Positions 19,254-28,331 of a stretch of DNA of 64,000 nucleotides are shown here, piece after piece. Made by a program: the position numbers and the translations under genes. The stretch's first letter is position 1. Every line of letters starts with the position of its first letter. The notes beneath the pieces are model-generated. The model was not told the origin of the DNA, did not search any database, and saw only the letters and a list, made by a program, of their open reading frames with translations. The stretch lies in contig OZ246890.1 of assembly GCA_965231815.1 (NCBI GenBank), positions 2,577,388-2,641,387 on the forward strand. Direction: 5' to 3'. The stretch is from Acidimicrobiia bacterium. Lineage in GTDB: Bacteria; Actinomycetota; Acidimicrobiia; Spongiisociales; Spongiisociaceae.

Positions 19254-20053
19254 ATGCTCTCCACGCGCTCAACGACAGTCTGGTAATCGCCAAGCGGAAC
19301 CTCATCAAGATCAAGCGAGTCCCCGACATTCTGGTCTTCGTGTTGATTTCACCGATCATGTTCGTGCTCTTGTTTTCTTACGTGTTCGGTAGCGCTATCC
19401 AGATACCGGGAGGTTCATACCGCGAGTTTCTGATGGCCGGAATATTTGCCCAGACGGTGGTCTTCGGCGCCACTTTCACCGGTGCGGGACTGGCCGACGA
19501 CATGCAAAAGGGAATCATCGACCGATTCCGCTCCCTACCGATGTCCCGAGCGGCGGTAGTAATGGGACGTACCGCCAGCGACGTCATATACAACGTCATA
19601 AGCCTGATGATCATGGCTCTTACCGGTTTGTTGGTAGGTTGGCGGGTCCGGGGAAGTGTATTAGACGCAATTGTAGGTTTCGGTCTGCTGCTGTTGTTCG
19701 CCTACTCGATCTCGTGGATGATGGCCCTTGTCGGCCTTCTCGTTCCGAGTGTGGAGGTCTTGAACAACGCCTCGTTCATGGTGATCTTTCCGATCACCTT
19801 CATCGCCAACACCTTCGTTCCTTCAGATAACCTGCCCACGGTGCTGAGAGTGTTCGCGGAGTGGAATCCGATATCGGCGCTTGCCCACGCGACACGAACC
19901 CTATTCGGCAACATACCGCCGGGAACTCCCGAACCGACCGTGTGGCCGCTCCGGAACCCGATCATCTACTCCATCATCTGGGCCGGGATCATCATCGCGG
20001 TTTTCGCGCCGCTAGCGGTCCGCCGTTACACGAAGGCCGCTAAGAAGGGCTAA
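19250..20053 (+). CDS. ABC-2 type transporter permease (DrrB-like)
   Basis: 6-TMS ABC-2 membrane protein; ATGA overlap with the upstream ATPase stop. Confidence 0.8.
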   Translation: MNALHALNDSLVIAKRNLIKIKRVPDILVFVLISPIMFVLLFSYVFGSAIQIPGGSYREFLMAGIFAQTVVFGATFTGAGLADDMQKGIIDRFRSLPMSRAAVVMGRTASDVIYNVISLMIMALTGLLVGWRVRGSVLDAIVGFGLLLLFAYSISWMMALVGLLVPSVEVLNNASFMVIFPITFIANTFVPSDNLPTVLRVFAEWNPISALAHATRTLFGNIPPGTPEPTVWPLRNPIIYSIIWAGIIIAVFAPLAVRRYTKAAKKG

Positions 20054-20166
20054 CGACGCTCTCGCCGCGGCCGGGCAGTTACGAATCATGGGTCGTTGGC
20101 CCTTGTCGGAGGTCGAATCCGTGGGCCGTTCACCGTGTGCGTTCGGCCGGTTGGCTAACCCGTCCT

Positions 20167-20284
20167 CTAGGAGGGTCCTGAAAAACGAATCTTACGGGGT
20201 TCGGTGGTTGGTAAAGCGCCTGGTCAGAGGGTTGCGAGTTAACGGCTGAACCCCTTTGTACGGGGTTTCTCAGCACCCTCCTAG
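20167..20284 (-). repeat. ~118-bp MITE-like intergenic repeat, copy B (inverted orientation)
   Basis: CTAGGAGGGTCCTGAAAAACGA…GGGGTTTCTCAGCACCCTCCTAG; lies between convergent gene ends. Confidence 0.85.
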
Positions 20285-20393
20285 GTAGTAACGATCAAGA
20301 GATGACCTCACGGCGAAGCGGCCATCGCAACGAGTCGAGAAACGGGTCACTGGCAATCCACGATATCCGTGGACTAGGTATACCGCCGGCTGT

Positions 20394-20822
20394 TTATCGA
20401 TCCCGGTCCGGCGCCTCTTGGAACAGTTCAGCGAGGGCTTCGGACGGACTGACCGCGCGGATCGGCGAGTGCTTGTAGTCTTTCGTATTCCTGGTGACAA
20501 TCGGGGCAGTTCCACAAGCGCGGGCGCAAGCTACCTGCATCGCATCCTCGAAGTCTGCCATCGGAAGTCCCGCGGCGTAGTGGATGGCCTCGGTACCACC
20601 TGACGCGACCTCCACAACACGGGCCAGATCGACGATAAAGTCTCGGGTCCTGACCTTTCCCTGTGAGGGCGCCACGATGTAGTAGAGGTTCGCGACCGAG
20701 TGCCAGGCGATGAAAGCTCGCCTACGGCTTTGTTCGATTCTGTCGAGCAGAACCGAAGCCGGATCCGAGAACGGACGACGGTCGAGAGCGACGTCGATGA
20801 GTACGTCCGTGTCCAGCAGCAT
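20394..20822 (-). CDS. vapC: type II toxin VapC (PIN-domain ribonuclease)
   Basis: MLLDTDVLIDV… N-terminal PIN acidic residues, 142 aa; immediately downstream of and overlapping the VapB-like gene. Confidence 0.85.
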   Translation of the reverse strand: MLLDTDVLIDVALDRRPFSDPASVLLDRIEQSRRRAFIAWHSVANLYYIVAPSQGKVRTRDFIVDLARVVEVASGGTEAIHYAAGLPMADFEDAMQVACARACGTAPIVTRNTKDYKHSPIRAVSPSEALAELFQEAPDRDR

Positions 20823-21046
20823 CAGTCAAGGTACTTGCGGGCCAATGCTCGATAGCGCGGATCGTTACGCTCGGCCGGACGGAACTTACCCCGCCACCGC
20901 GACGAGAAGGAGGTCTTGTCTCGGCGCGTGACCTCCCGGAGCGACTCCTCGATCACTGAGGAAAGGGACACTCCGCGGGAGCGGGCGTACCGTTTGGCCA
21001 ACGGAATCAACTCCTCGTCCACCGTGACCGTCAGCTTCTTCTTCAT
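20822..21046 (-). CDS. vapB: type II antitoxin VapB-like (ribbon-helix-helix/CopG-like)
   Basis: 74-aa product MKKKLTVTVDEELIPLAKRYA…; stop overlaps the vapC start; GGGACAGGA RBS; the ORF-track N-terminal extension runs through the operator region. Confidence 0.7.
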   Translation of the reverse strand: MKKKLTVTVDEELIPLAKRYARSRGVSLSSVIEESLREVTRRDKTSFSSRWRGKFRPAERNDPRYRALARKYLD

Positions 21047-21064
21047 ACCGGTCCTGTCCCTTTG

Positions 21065-21100
21065 GTATACGTATACGTTACTATAACATACGTATACGTT
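21065..21100. promoter_or_regulatory. tandem palindromic operator upstream of vapBC (GTATACGTATAC; direct repeat ATACGTATACGTT x2, 21 bp apart)
   Basis: Perfect 12-bp palindrome at 21065-21076; 13-mer repeated at 21067-21079 and 21088-21100, 19-55 nt upstream of the vapB start. Confidence 0.5.
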
Positions 21101-21222
21101 CCCCGAACAAGGCCGATCCCGGGTGGTCGCGCCGGTCTTGCGGACATTGTGCGTTTGGCGACAGGAGTTGATCGGTGAGCCATGCACCGTGGATTCTCAC
21201 GGCCAAGCCTGGTTCGGGTGGC

Positions 21223-22626
21223 CTACAGTCCTAGCCGGGTCATCCCGTCGAGCGCCGCGGTGGTGTAGCACTCCGCCAAGGTGGGGTATCCGATCACCGC
21301 CTCCACGAAGTAGTCGATCGTTCCGCCATGGGCGATCACCGCCTGTCCGATGTGGATCAACTCCGCGGCTTCATCCCCGATTATGTGAACCCCGAGCAAC
21401 TCCTTGGTTTCGAGATGGAACAGTACCTTCAGGAATCCGGTGTCATCCCCCTTCACCAGGCTGCTCTCGGTGTCCCGGTACAACGCCTTGCCGACCTCGT
21501 AGGGAATACCTTCTCCGGTCAACTCCGCCTCGGTCTTGCCGACCATGGCCACCTCGGGAATGGTCTTGATGGTGTAGGGCAACAGAGTCTGGTAGGTGTC
21601 GCAGGGTGCACCGAATGCATGACGAGCGGCCAGACGACCCTGCATCCGCGAGGTTGAAACCAGATCGGGAAAGCCGACCACGCCGCCCACCGCATACACG
21701 CCGTCCACGTCGGTCTGGCAGTTCTCATCGACACTCAAGCGGTGGCGCTGGTCGGAGTCCAGTCCAATCGACGCCAGGTTGAGAGCGTCGGTAGAACCGG
21801 TACGTCCCACGCAATACATGACCGCATCGCTGATAATCTGCTTTCCGCTATCCAGTTTGACCTTGACGCGGGGACCTCGCTGGTCCGTCAGATACTCGAT
21901 ATCGTGAACCACTTCACGAAGACGCAGCGTTACCCCTCGCTGGCGTAGGTGGTACGCCAGTGCGTCGGCTAGTTCCTCGTCGGCGAAGGTGAGCAGTCTT
22001 TGGTTCCGGTCAACCATGGTCACGCGGATCCCGAGCGCGGCAAACGTGCTGCAGTATTCCAGTCCGATAGCCCCCGCGCCAACGATGCTCAAGGTGCGGG
22101 GTAGATTGTCAAGGCCGAGAATGTAGTCGCTGACGAAGATCATCTTGCCGTCCGCATACACCACAGGAGGGGTGGTGGAGTAGGTGCCCACCGCGATGAT
22201 CACCTTGTCGGTGGTTATCGTCCGATTGGACTTCCCGTCGTGGGAGGACAGGTTGATGGTGTGGCGGTCCACGAAGGACCCCTCCGCGGTGATCACCTCC
22301 ACCCGATTCTTGGCCAGATGACTTCGCAGGATGTCAGCCTGCTGATGCATCACGTAACGGGTCCTTACCATGAGGTCACCCATCGTGATGTTGTCCTTCA
22401 CCGAGTAGGACTCGCCGTAGAAGTTGCGTTCCCGGTAGCCGGTCAGGTAGAGGGCTGCGTCGCGCATGGTCTTGCTGACCGTCCCGGCGGTGACATTTAT
22501 ACCCCCGACCTGAGGCTCGCGCTCCACAACCACTACGTGTGCGCCTAGTTTCGAGGCTTGGATGGCCGCCCGCTGGCCTGCCGGGCCCGATCCGATTACT
22601 ACTAGGTCGTAGTCGTAGTTAGACAT
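21223..22626 (-). CDS. sthA: soluble pyridine nucleotide transhydrogenase (Si-specific NAD(P)+ transhydrogenase)
   Basis: 467 aa; strong colinear similarity to E. coli SthA (YDYDLVVIGSGPAG…, FAD and NAD(P) Rossmann motifs, dimerisation domain). Confidence 0.9.
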   Translation of the reverse strand: MSNYDYDLVVIGSGPAGQRAAIQASKLGAHVVVVEREPQVGGINVTAGTVSKTMRDAALYLTGYRERNFYGESYSVKDNITMGDLMVRTRYVMHQQADILRSHLAKNRVEVITAEGSFVDRHTINLSSHDGKSNRTITTDKVIIAVGTYSTTPPVVYADGKMIFVSDYILGLDNLPRTLSIVGAGAIGLEYCSTFAALGIRVTMVDRNQRLLTFADEELADALAYHLRQRGVTLRLREVVHDIEYLTDQRGPRVKVKLDSGKQIISDAVMYCVGRTGSTDALNLASIGLDSDQRHRLSVDENCQTDVDGVYAVGGVVGFPDLVSTSRMQGRLAARHAFGAPCDTYQTLLPYTIKTIPEVAMVGKTEAELTGEGIPYEVGKALYRDTESSLVKGDDTGFLKVLFHLETKELLGVHIIGDEAAELIHIGQAVIAHGGTIDYFVEAVIGYPTLAECYTTAALDGMTRLGL

Positions 22627-22849
22627 CCCTGAACTGCTCGCTCCTCAAACTGGATGAGACACTGTTGTGAGCCATCTTATCGACTCCACCTTAGAAGGGT
22701 CTTCCAGGTCAGTTCGGCATTCGATCAGCAGGCCTATCCGGACCGAACCCGTCGGGGGTTGACAAGCAACGCATTCGGGTCACAGATCCCTTCCGCGGCC
22801 GCTGATCCGGCTATCATGCTGCATTCGTTCGGTACTCGGATAGCGAGGA

Positions 22850-24037
22850 ATGATGGTCGTAGACAGGCGGTTCTATAATGAGTCCCACGAAACCGTTCGG
22901 TTAAGCGCCTACCGGATCAAACAATCCCCGTTTGCTCATCGCTACACGACGGATGCGACGGTTTTCGGCAGCTATTGCGATCGACTCTTCCCGGTCAAGG
23001 CGACTCTCGACGAAGACCCGCTCCCCAATTACCGGAAGTTGCGGAATGGCGTCCTGATGTACGATGTACCGGAGCAGCCACTCGCCATCAACGGCGCAGA
23101 CGCCGGCAAACTACTCGAACGGGTTCTGACATGCCGGGTGGAAAACCTCGCAGTGGGGCGCTGTCGCTACGGCATAGCGTGCAATTATGACGGTACCGTG
23201 CTCATGGACGGGGTGGTCATGCGCCTCGCAACCGACTGCTATTGGTATGTGAAGGCGAATGGGGAGTTCACGAGCTGGTTAAGAGCCCATGCTGCGGGGC
23301 TTGACGTAGAGGTGACCGATCCCGCTTCGAGAGTGCTGCAGATTCAAGGCCCCAAGTCACTCGACGTCTTGAACGCAGCCATTGACGGAACGATCTCCGG
23401 TGACTTCAAGTACTTCCGTGCCGACTTCTTCGATATCGGAGGCCAGACTCTGTGGGTCTCACGTACCGGATGGACCGGAGAGGTCGGGATCGAGATCTAC
23501 TGCAACAGCGGTCCGGAACCTACCGACCATGACGCTCTTTGGGATCATTTGTTGAACGCCGGCGAGGAGTTCGGTATGGAGTTCAGTTCGGGCCTGTCCA
23601 TGGGAATCCGACGGGTCGAGGCCGGGATCCTCGACAACGGAACCGACATCGAAGCGGACCTAACTCCCTACAGCGCCGGTTTAGGGCAATTCGTGAACCG
23701 AGGCAAGCATGACTTTGTCGGGCGAGCCGCCCTCGAACACGCCGCTCGGAACCGACTCCTGTTGGGTTTGCAATGCCGCGACCTCTCACCACAATCCGGC
23801 ATGCAGGTCCGGCTCGAGGGAGGACCGGTCGGGCATATAACGATGGGAACATGGTCGCCCACCCTCCGGCTCGGAATCGGTTACGTGAGGTTCCATCATC
23901 CTCATCTTGCAGGCAGTTGGCTGGGTAGGACGGTTTCCTTACAGGATCGCGACGGAACGGAGTACGAAGCGACCGTGGTTTCGTTACCGTTTATTGACCG
24001 GAAGAAACTGTTACCGCGAGTACCGTGGACCGGGTAG
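22850..24037 (+). CDS. aminomethyltransferase-family protein (GcvT-like folate-binding)
   Basis: 395 aa; GWTGEVGIEIY and other GcvT-fold conserved segments. Confidence 0.75.
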   Translation: MMVVDRRFYNESHETVRLSAYRIKQSPFAHRYTTDATVFGSYCDRLFPVKATLDEDPLPNYRKLRNGVLMYDVPEQPLAINGADAGKLLERVLTCRVENLAVGRCRYGIACNYDGTVLMDGVVMRLATDCYWYVKANGEFTSWLRAHAAGLDVEVTDPASRVLQIQGPKSLDVLNAAIDGTISGDFKYFRADFFDIGGQTLWVSRTGWTGEVGIEIYCNSGPEPTDHDALWDHLLNAGEEFGMEFSSGLSMGIRRVEAGILDNGTDIEADLTPYSAGLGQFVNRGKHDFVGRAALEHAARNRLLLGLQCRDLSPQSGMQVRLEGGPVGHITMGTWSPTLRLGIGYVRFHHPHLAGSWLGRTVSLQDRDGTEYEATVVSLPFIDRKKLLPRVPWTG

Positions 24038-24122
24038 CGCCGGGCGGTGATGGGAAGGACTTGTCAACCACCCCATATCTAAAGACCCACCAGGATGAGC
24101 CCTCATTCGGATAGGTAGACGT

Positions 24123-24240
24123 CTAGGAGGGTGCTGAAAAACGAATCTTACGGGGTTCGGTAGTTGGCAAACCGCCTGGTCAGAGAGTTGCGGGTTAACG
24201 GTCGAACCCCTTTGTACGGGGTTTCTCAGCACCCTCCTAG
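24123..24240 (-). repeat. ~118-bp MITE-like intergenic repeat, copy C
   Basis: CTAGGAGGGTGCTGAAAAACGA…GGGGTTTCTCAGCACCCTCCTAG; near-identical to copies B and D. Confidence 0.85.
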
Positions 24241-24339
24241 TCCGTGTACCGCATCAGGCATCAAACCGAATAGATACCCAGATACCCGGATCCACATGTT
24301 CCGGAATCCGTTTCGGGACGAGGATTAAGATCGACATCA

Positions 24340-24822
24340 ATGGCGCACCACCTTTCAGAAGAATCGCTAATCCAGGCCATCCAGCGGGCAGGCTTGAGGC
24401 TCACCCTTCCTAGGAGATCGATCTGTCGGGTTCTCGCTGACAGCGATGACGCCTTTCTAAGCGCCTCGATGATTGTGGACCGGGTGTCTGAGTCTGCGGG
24501 TCAAGTGGATGCGTCGACCGTCTACCGTACCTTGGATGAGTTGGCCCGTATCGGCTTGGTCCACCTGATCAATCTGGGCAGCGGTCAACCGAGCATGTGG
24601 CACTTGACCATCGACCACTCCCACGAGCACCTGGTTTGCGAGGGCTGCGGTATCACTATCGAGGTTCCCGAATCGGACTTCGCTCCTCTGTATGACCTAC
24701 TGAGAGAGAAATACGGGTTTCGACCAGTACCTCACCATTTCGCCTATCTCGGTTACTGCCGAGAGTGTCCCGACCGGATCGATCATCCCCATCCGGAAAC
24801 ACCCTCCTCCATCCATGAATAA
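24340..24822 (+). CDS. Fur-family transcriptional regulator (Zur/FurB-like)
   Basis: 160 aa; winged-helix N-terminus, HEHLVCEGCG…CRECP metal-binding cysteines/histidines; adjacent convergent CDF metal exporter. Confidence 0.85.
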   Translation: MAHHLSEESLIQAIQRAGLRLTLPRRSICRVLADSDDAFLSASMIVDRVSESAGQVDASTVYRTLDELARIGLVHLINLGSGQPSMWHLTIDHSHEHLVCEGCGITIEVPESDFAPLYDLLREKYGFRPVPHHFAYLGYCRECPDRIDHPHPETPSSIHE

Positions 24823-24835
24823 TCGGGGCTAAGGA
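24806..24835. repeat. conserved-loop hairpin element (CCATGAATAATCGGGG core) overlapping the Fur stop codon
   Basis: Matches 42666-42700 and the reverse complement of 15245-15270. Confidence 0.5.
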
Positions 24836-24893
24836 ACAGGGAGTCTCTCTCGGGACATCGAGTCACCGTCGTGTCTACCCGAATGTTGACCCT

Positions 24894-26174
24894 TCAGCGT
24901 TCGACGCCGACCGTTTCCCGGGGGCCGTGCATAGTGGAACACTCCGTCGAGTCGGCGGGGTCGAGATGTACGAGTACGGTTTCCAGGAACTTCACATCTC
25001 GACAGACACTTTGCTTCACCCGCTCACCCACCTGGTGGGCCTCCGCAACCGACATGGATGCGTCCACGTTGATCGCGATATCAGTATGGAGGCGATGTCC
25101 CATCCAACGTACCTGGCATCCGGTTACGGCGGATACTCCCCAAACAGAGCGGGCAGACCACTCGATCCGGTCCACGAATTCGGGATCAATCGCGTCCATC
25201 ACGCGCCCGTATATTTCCTTAACGGCGTTCCATAGAACGCGCAGGATCAGTATCCCCACCCCGATGCCCACGATCGGGTCAGCCGTCTCGAAGCCGAACC
25301 ACACGAAGATTGCACCCACGGCCACCGCGAGCGAAGTCAAGCCATCGACCCGGGCGTGATAGCCGTCAGCCACCAGCGCCGCTGAACCGATCCGTCGGCC
25401 TACCCGGATCCGGTAGAGAGCCACCAGTTCGTTACCGAGGAACCCTATAACACCAGCCGCGAATAGCACCCCCACATATCTGACCTCGCGGGGGTCCAAG
25501 AGACGCTCGACGGATTCCCAAATAACGAGGATGGCCGAAAGCAGGATCATCAACACTACGAACAACCCGGCTAGGTCCTCGGCGCGTTTATACCCGTAGG
25601 TGTACCGCCGGGTGGCCGCTCGCGTTCCCAGCCTGAAGGCAATGAAAAGGGGCACCGCGGTCAGAGCGTCGGAGAAATTGTGAATTGTATCGGCTAGCAA
25701 CGCTACCGATCCGGTGAACCATACGATTGCGGCCTGGATGAGCGCGGTTCCCATCAAGACGACAAACGAGATCTTGAGCGCCTTCATACCGATCTCGCTC
25801 GATTCAAGGGCATCGTCGATCGACTCGGCATGATCGTGCGAGTGCATGCCGAACAACTCGCTCAAACCGTGACGTATCCGTCCTGTCCAGGACGACTGGT
25901 CCGGATGCGGATGACCGTGGTCATGGTCATGGTGGTGTCCATCCTCGTGAGTATGGGAATCGGTACCCGCATCATGGTGATGTCCGGCGCCGGCGTGATC
26001 GAGATGACGATGATGATCATCCTCGCCGTGGTGACGATGATCGTGATGGTCTTCACTATGGTGCACGGAACCATGAGAATGGTCGTGCTGATCCTCTACA
26101 GAGAAGGTCTTTGGTTCGTGTTTATGCTCATCGGACATGAAACTGCTCGCTGGACGTGGAACTGTACCGTACAA
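24894..26174 (-). CDS. cation diffusion facilitator (CDF) family divalent-metal efflux transporter with His-rich N-terminal tail
   Basis: CzcD-like TMS core (…FSDALTAVP… HxxxD motifs), C-terminal cytoplasmic domain; ~100-aa His/Asp-rich N-terminus; TTG at 26174 or ATG at 26138. Confidence 0.9.
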   Translation of the reverse strand: MYGTVPRPASSFMSDEHKHEPKTFSVEDQHDHSHGSVHHSEDHHDHRHHGEDDHHRHLDHAGAGHHHDAGTDSHTHEDGHHHDHDHGHPHPDQSSWTGRIRHGLSELFGMHSHDHAESIDDALESSEIGMKALKISFVVLMGTALIQAAIVWFTGSVALLADTIHNFSDALTAVPLFIAFRLGTRAATRRYTYGYKRAEDLAGLFVVLMILLSAILVIWESVERLLDPREVRYVGVLFAAGVIGFLGNELVALYRIRVGRRIGSAALVADGYHARVDGLTSLAVAVGAIFVWFGFETADPIVGIGVGILILRVLWNAVKEIYGRVMDAIDPEFVDRIEWSARSVWGVSAVTGCQVRWMGHRLHTDIAINVDASMSVAEAHQVGERVKQSVCRDVKFLETVLVHLDPADSTECSTMHGPRETVGVER

Positions 26175-26236
26175 CGAACCATGTTCGTAGTATAGGGTCC
26201 TGACTTCTCCAGTATACAGCTATGAGTTGCTATTGC

Positions 26237-26262
26237 AATACTTCGCAACTATATCCTGAGAC
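26237..26262. promoter_or_regulatory. inverted repeat GTTGC-N14-GCAAC with central perfect palindrome ATTGCAAT in the CDF promoter region
   Basis: Seen directly; lies ~65-90 nt upstream of the CDF start on the minus strand within a 340-nt AT-richer intergenic region. Confidence 0.35.
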
Positions 26263-26513
26263 CGTCGTTGACCTACGGACCGGGATTCCTCACCCACATA
26301 ACCGAGGTCGATGGGCCATCCACGATCTCGAGGTTAGAGCGAACGCCCGACCCGAGGGAAGCTCCGTATCGGGCAATTGCCGTGCGGACTGTGTCGTGGC
26401 GAATGACCCCGCTGCTTTTCGTTGTCGGAGGGGAGCAGGCTAGTGCAGCAAGGCGGAACGGGAAGAACCGAGATCAAGGTCGGTTCCCGTAGTATCGCGA
26501 AAAGAATGGAGCA

Positions 26514-27332
26514 ATGAGCTACGCGACAGCCGATCCGGCTCTCACCGACCGTCGCCACCGGTCATTGCGAGGCATCGCGGAAGGTGACGTGCCCAACCGA
26601 ATCATGACGATTGCCGGTTGCGAGGGCAGGTTGGATGTACGCATCCTATCCAAAGATCTTTCGGGGCCTGCCACTCGACTGGCCCGGATGCCGCCCGGAT
26701 GGGGGTCGGGGGTGGTCGGCGCATTCTCCGCTGACCTTGAACTGTTCGTGATCCATGGTGCGGTGCTGGTAGCCGGGGAGGAGGTCGGGCCGTACGACTA
26801 TGTGGCGGTCAAGGCCGGGGCGGTAATCGGTGGAATACGGGCGATGGAGCAAACCTTGGCACTCCTCATGACCTCGGCGCCGATTCGCTACGACACCTCG
26901 GCGGGAGGCCTTCTGTCCAAGCCGCTCGTTGGTAGATGTGCGGCGGTTCCCTGGCGTCCGGTTTCGGAACTGCCGGGACGCTACGTTCGCCTACTTGCTC
27001 AAGGTCCCGGCGGGACCGCATGGTTGGCCGGCGCTCGCGAATGGAGGAACGAGGATGGGGCTTGGCATGTGCACGAGTCGCCGGAGGAGGTGTTCGTTCT
27101 TGAGGGCGAGTTCGTGGTCACCGAACGGTCCGGTAGTCGGGCGTCGGGGCCGGAGGCCGAGGAGGGTTCCGAACGAACCTACCGGTGTGGACCGGGAACC
27201 TATACCTTCCGACTTCCCGGAAGAGCCCATGCCGGTCCCGGCTCGTCCTCCTCGGACCTTGCGATCGCCTTCCATCGCATGCTGGGCCCCGGAACGGTCG
27301 AATGGCTGGAAACCAACTCCGCGCAACCCTGA
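26514..27332 (+). CDS. hypothetical protein (possible cupin-fold)
   Basis: 272-aa ORF with protein-like composition, no recognisable catalytic motif; beta-rich C-terminal half. Confidence 0.4.
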   Translation: MSYATADPALTDRRHRSLRGIAEGDVPNRIMTIAGCEGRLDVRILSKDLSGPATRLARMPPGWGSGVVGAFSADLELFVIHGAVLVAGEEVGPYDYVAVKAGAVIGGIRAMEQTLALLMTSAPIRYDTSAGGLLSKPLVGRCAAVPWRPVSELPGRYVRLLAQGPGGTAWLAGAREWRNEDGAWHVHESPEEVFVLEGEFVVTERSGSRASGPEAEEGSERTYRCGPGTYTFRLPGRAHAGPGSSSSDLAIAFHRMLGPGTVEWLETNSAQP

Positions 27333-28331
27333 TCAGGGTTTGACGAGCAGTTCGGCAGCCGCCACGATCTCTTCCGCGCCTGGTACAACTGCTCGTTCCA
27401 GTGGGGGGCTGAACGGGATGGGCGCTTGGGCTGCCCCCACTCGAACCGGCGCGGCGCGCAGGCTATCGAAGGCATGGCTGGTGATGGAGGCGGCCAACTC
27501 GGCGCCGAATCCCCCGAACTCCCAGGCCTCATGGGCGATCACCACCCGGCCGGTTTTGCGTACCGATCCCATCACCGTTGCAAGGTCGAGCGGGACGAGA
27601 GAGCGCAGGTCGATGAGTTCGGCGTCGATTCCGTGGGCTGCCAGTCTCCGGCATGCCATCTCGGCCTCGAGAACCATTGCCGAATAGGTGACGATGGTTA
27701 GATCCGAGCCCGTACGCCGGATCATCGCCGAGCCGAGCGGAACCGAATGGTCACCGGTGGGGGTCGGTCCTCGCTTGGCGGTGATCCGTTTGTTTTCGAG
27801 GTAAACCACCGGGTCGTCATCAGCGATAGCCGATCTCAGCAAGCCTTTGGCGTCGGCCGGATTGGACGGAGCGACAACCTTCAAGCCGGGTAGGTGAGTG
27901 AACAGTCCCTCCAGGCTGGATGAATGCTGCCCGGCCGACGACCGCAGGATGCCGTCCGAGGCTCGCAGCACTAGGGGGACCGACACCTGGCCACCGAACA
28001 TGTACCGGAACTTGGAAGCCTGGTTGACGATCTCGTCCATGGCCCCCAACGTGAACTCCACGAAGCTCATCGAAGCTACCGGACGCAGGCCCGTTACCGA
28101 AGCTCCCACCGCGACCGCCATGATGATGGCTTCCGAGATGGGCATGTCGATCACCCGTTCCGGTCCGAACTCGTCCACCAGTCCCCTGAACTGGCCGAAG
28201 TTGCCACCCCAGCTGATGTCTTCTCCCAGCACGAATACCCGTTCGTCCGCCCTCATCGCTAACCGCATGGCGTCGACAGTGGCCTGCCCGAAGGACATCC
28301 TCCGTACCGCTCGCTCCGGCACGGTCGTCAA
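27333..28331 (-). CDS. alpha-ketoacid (pyruvate/acetoin) dehydrogenase E1 component beta subunit
   Basis: 332 aa; transketolase-like pyrimidine-binding and C-terminal domains; overlaps the upstream E1 alpha stop. Confidence 0.9.
   Translation of the reverse strand: MTTVPERAVRRMSFGQATVDAMRLAMRADERVFVLGEDISWGGNFGQFRGLVDEFGPERVIDMPISEAIIMAVAVGASVTGLRPVASMSFVEFTLGAMDEIVNQASKFRYMFGGQVSVPLVLRASDGILRSSAGQHSSSLEGLFTHLPGLKVVAPSNPADAKGLLRSAIADDDPVVYLENKRITAKRGPTPTGDHSVPLGSAMIRRTGSDLTIVTYSAMVLEAEMACRRLAAHGIDAELIDLRSLVPLDLATVMGSVRKTGRVVIAHEAWEFGGFGAELAASITSHAFDSLRAAPVRVGAAQAPIPFSPPLERAVVPGAEEIVAAAELLVKP

Noticed and set aside
25830-26195. ORFs on both strands (121 aa + strand; 70 aa - strand) composed of Met/Val/Ile/Thr repeats inside the CDF gene
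   Set aside because: Frame artefacts of the His/Asp-rich low-complexity N-terminal coding region of the CDF transporter (CAT/GAT/ATG repeats).
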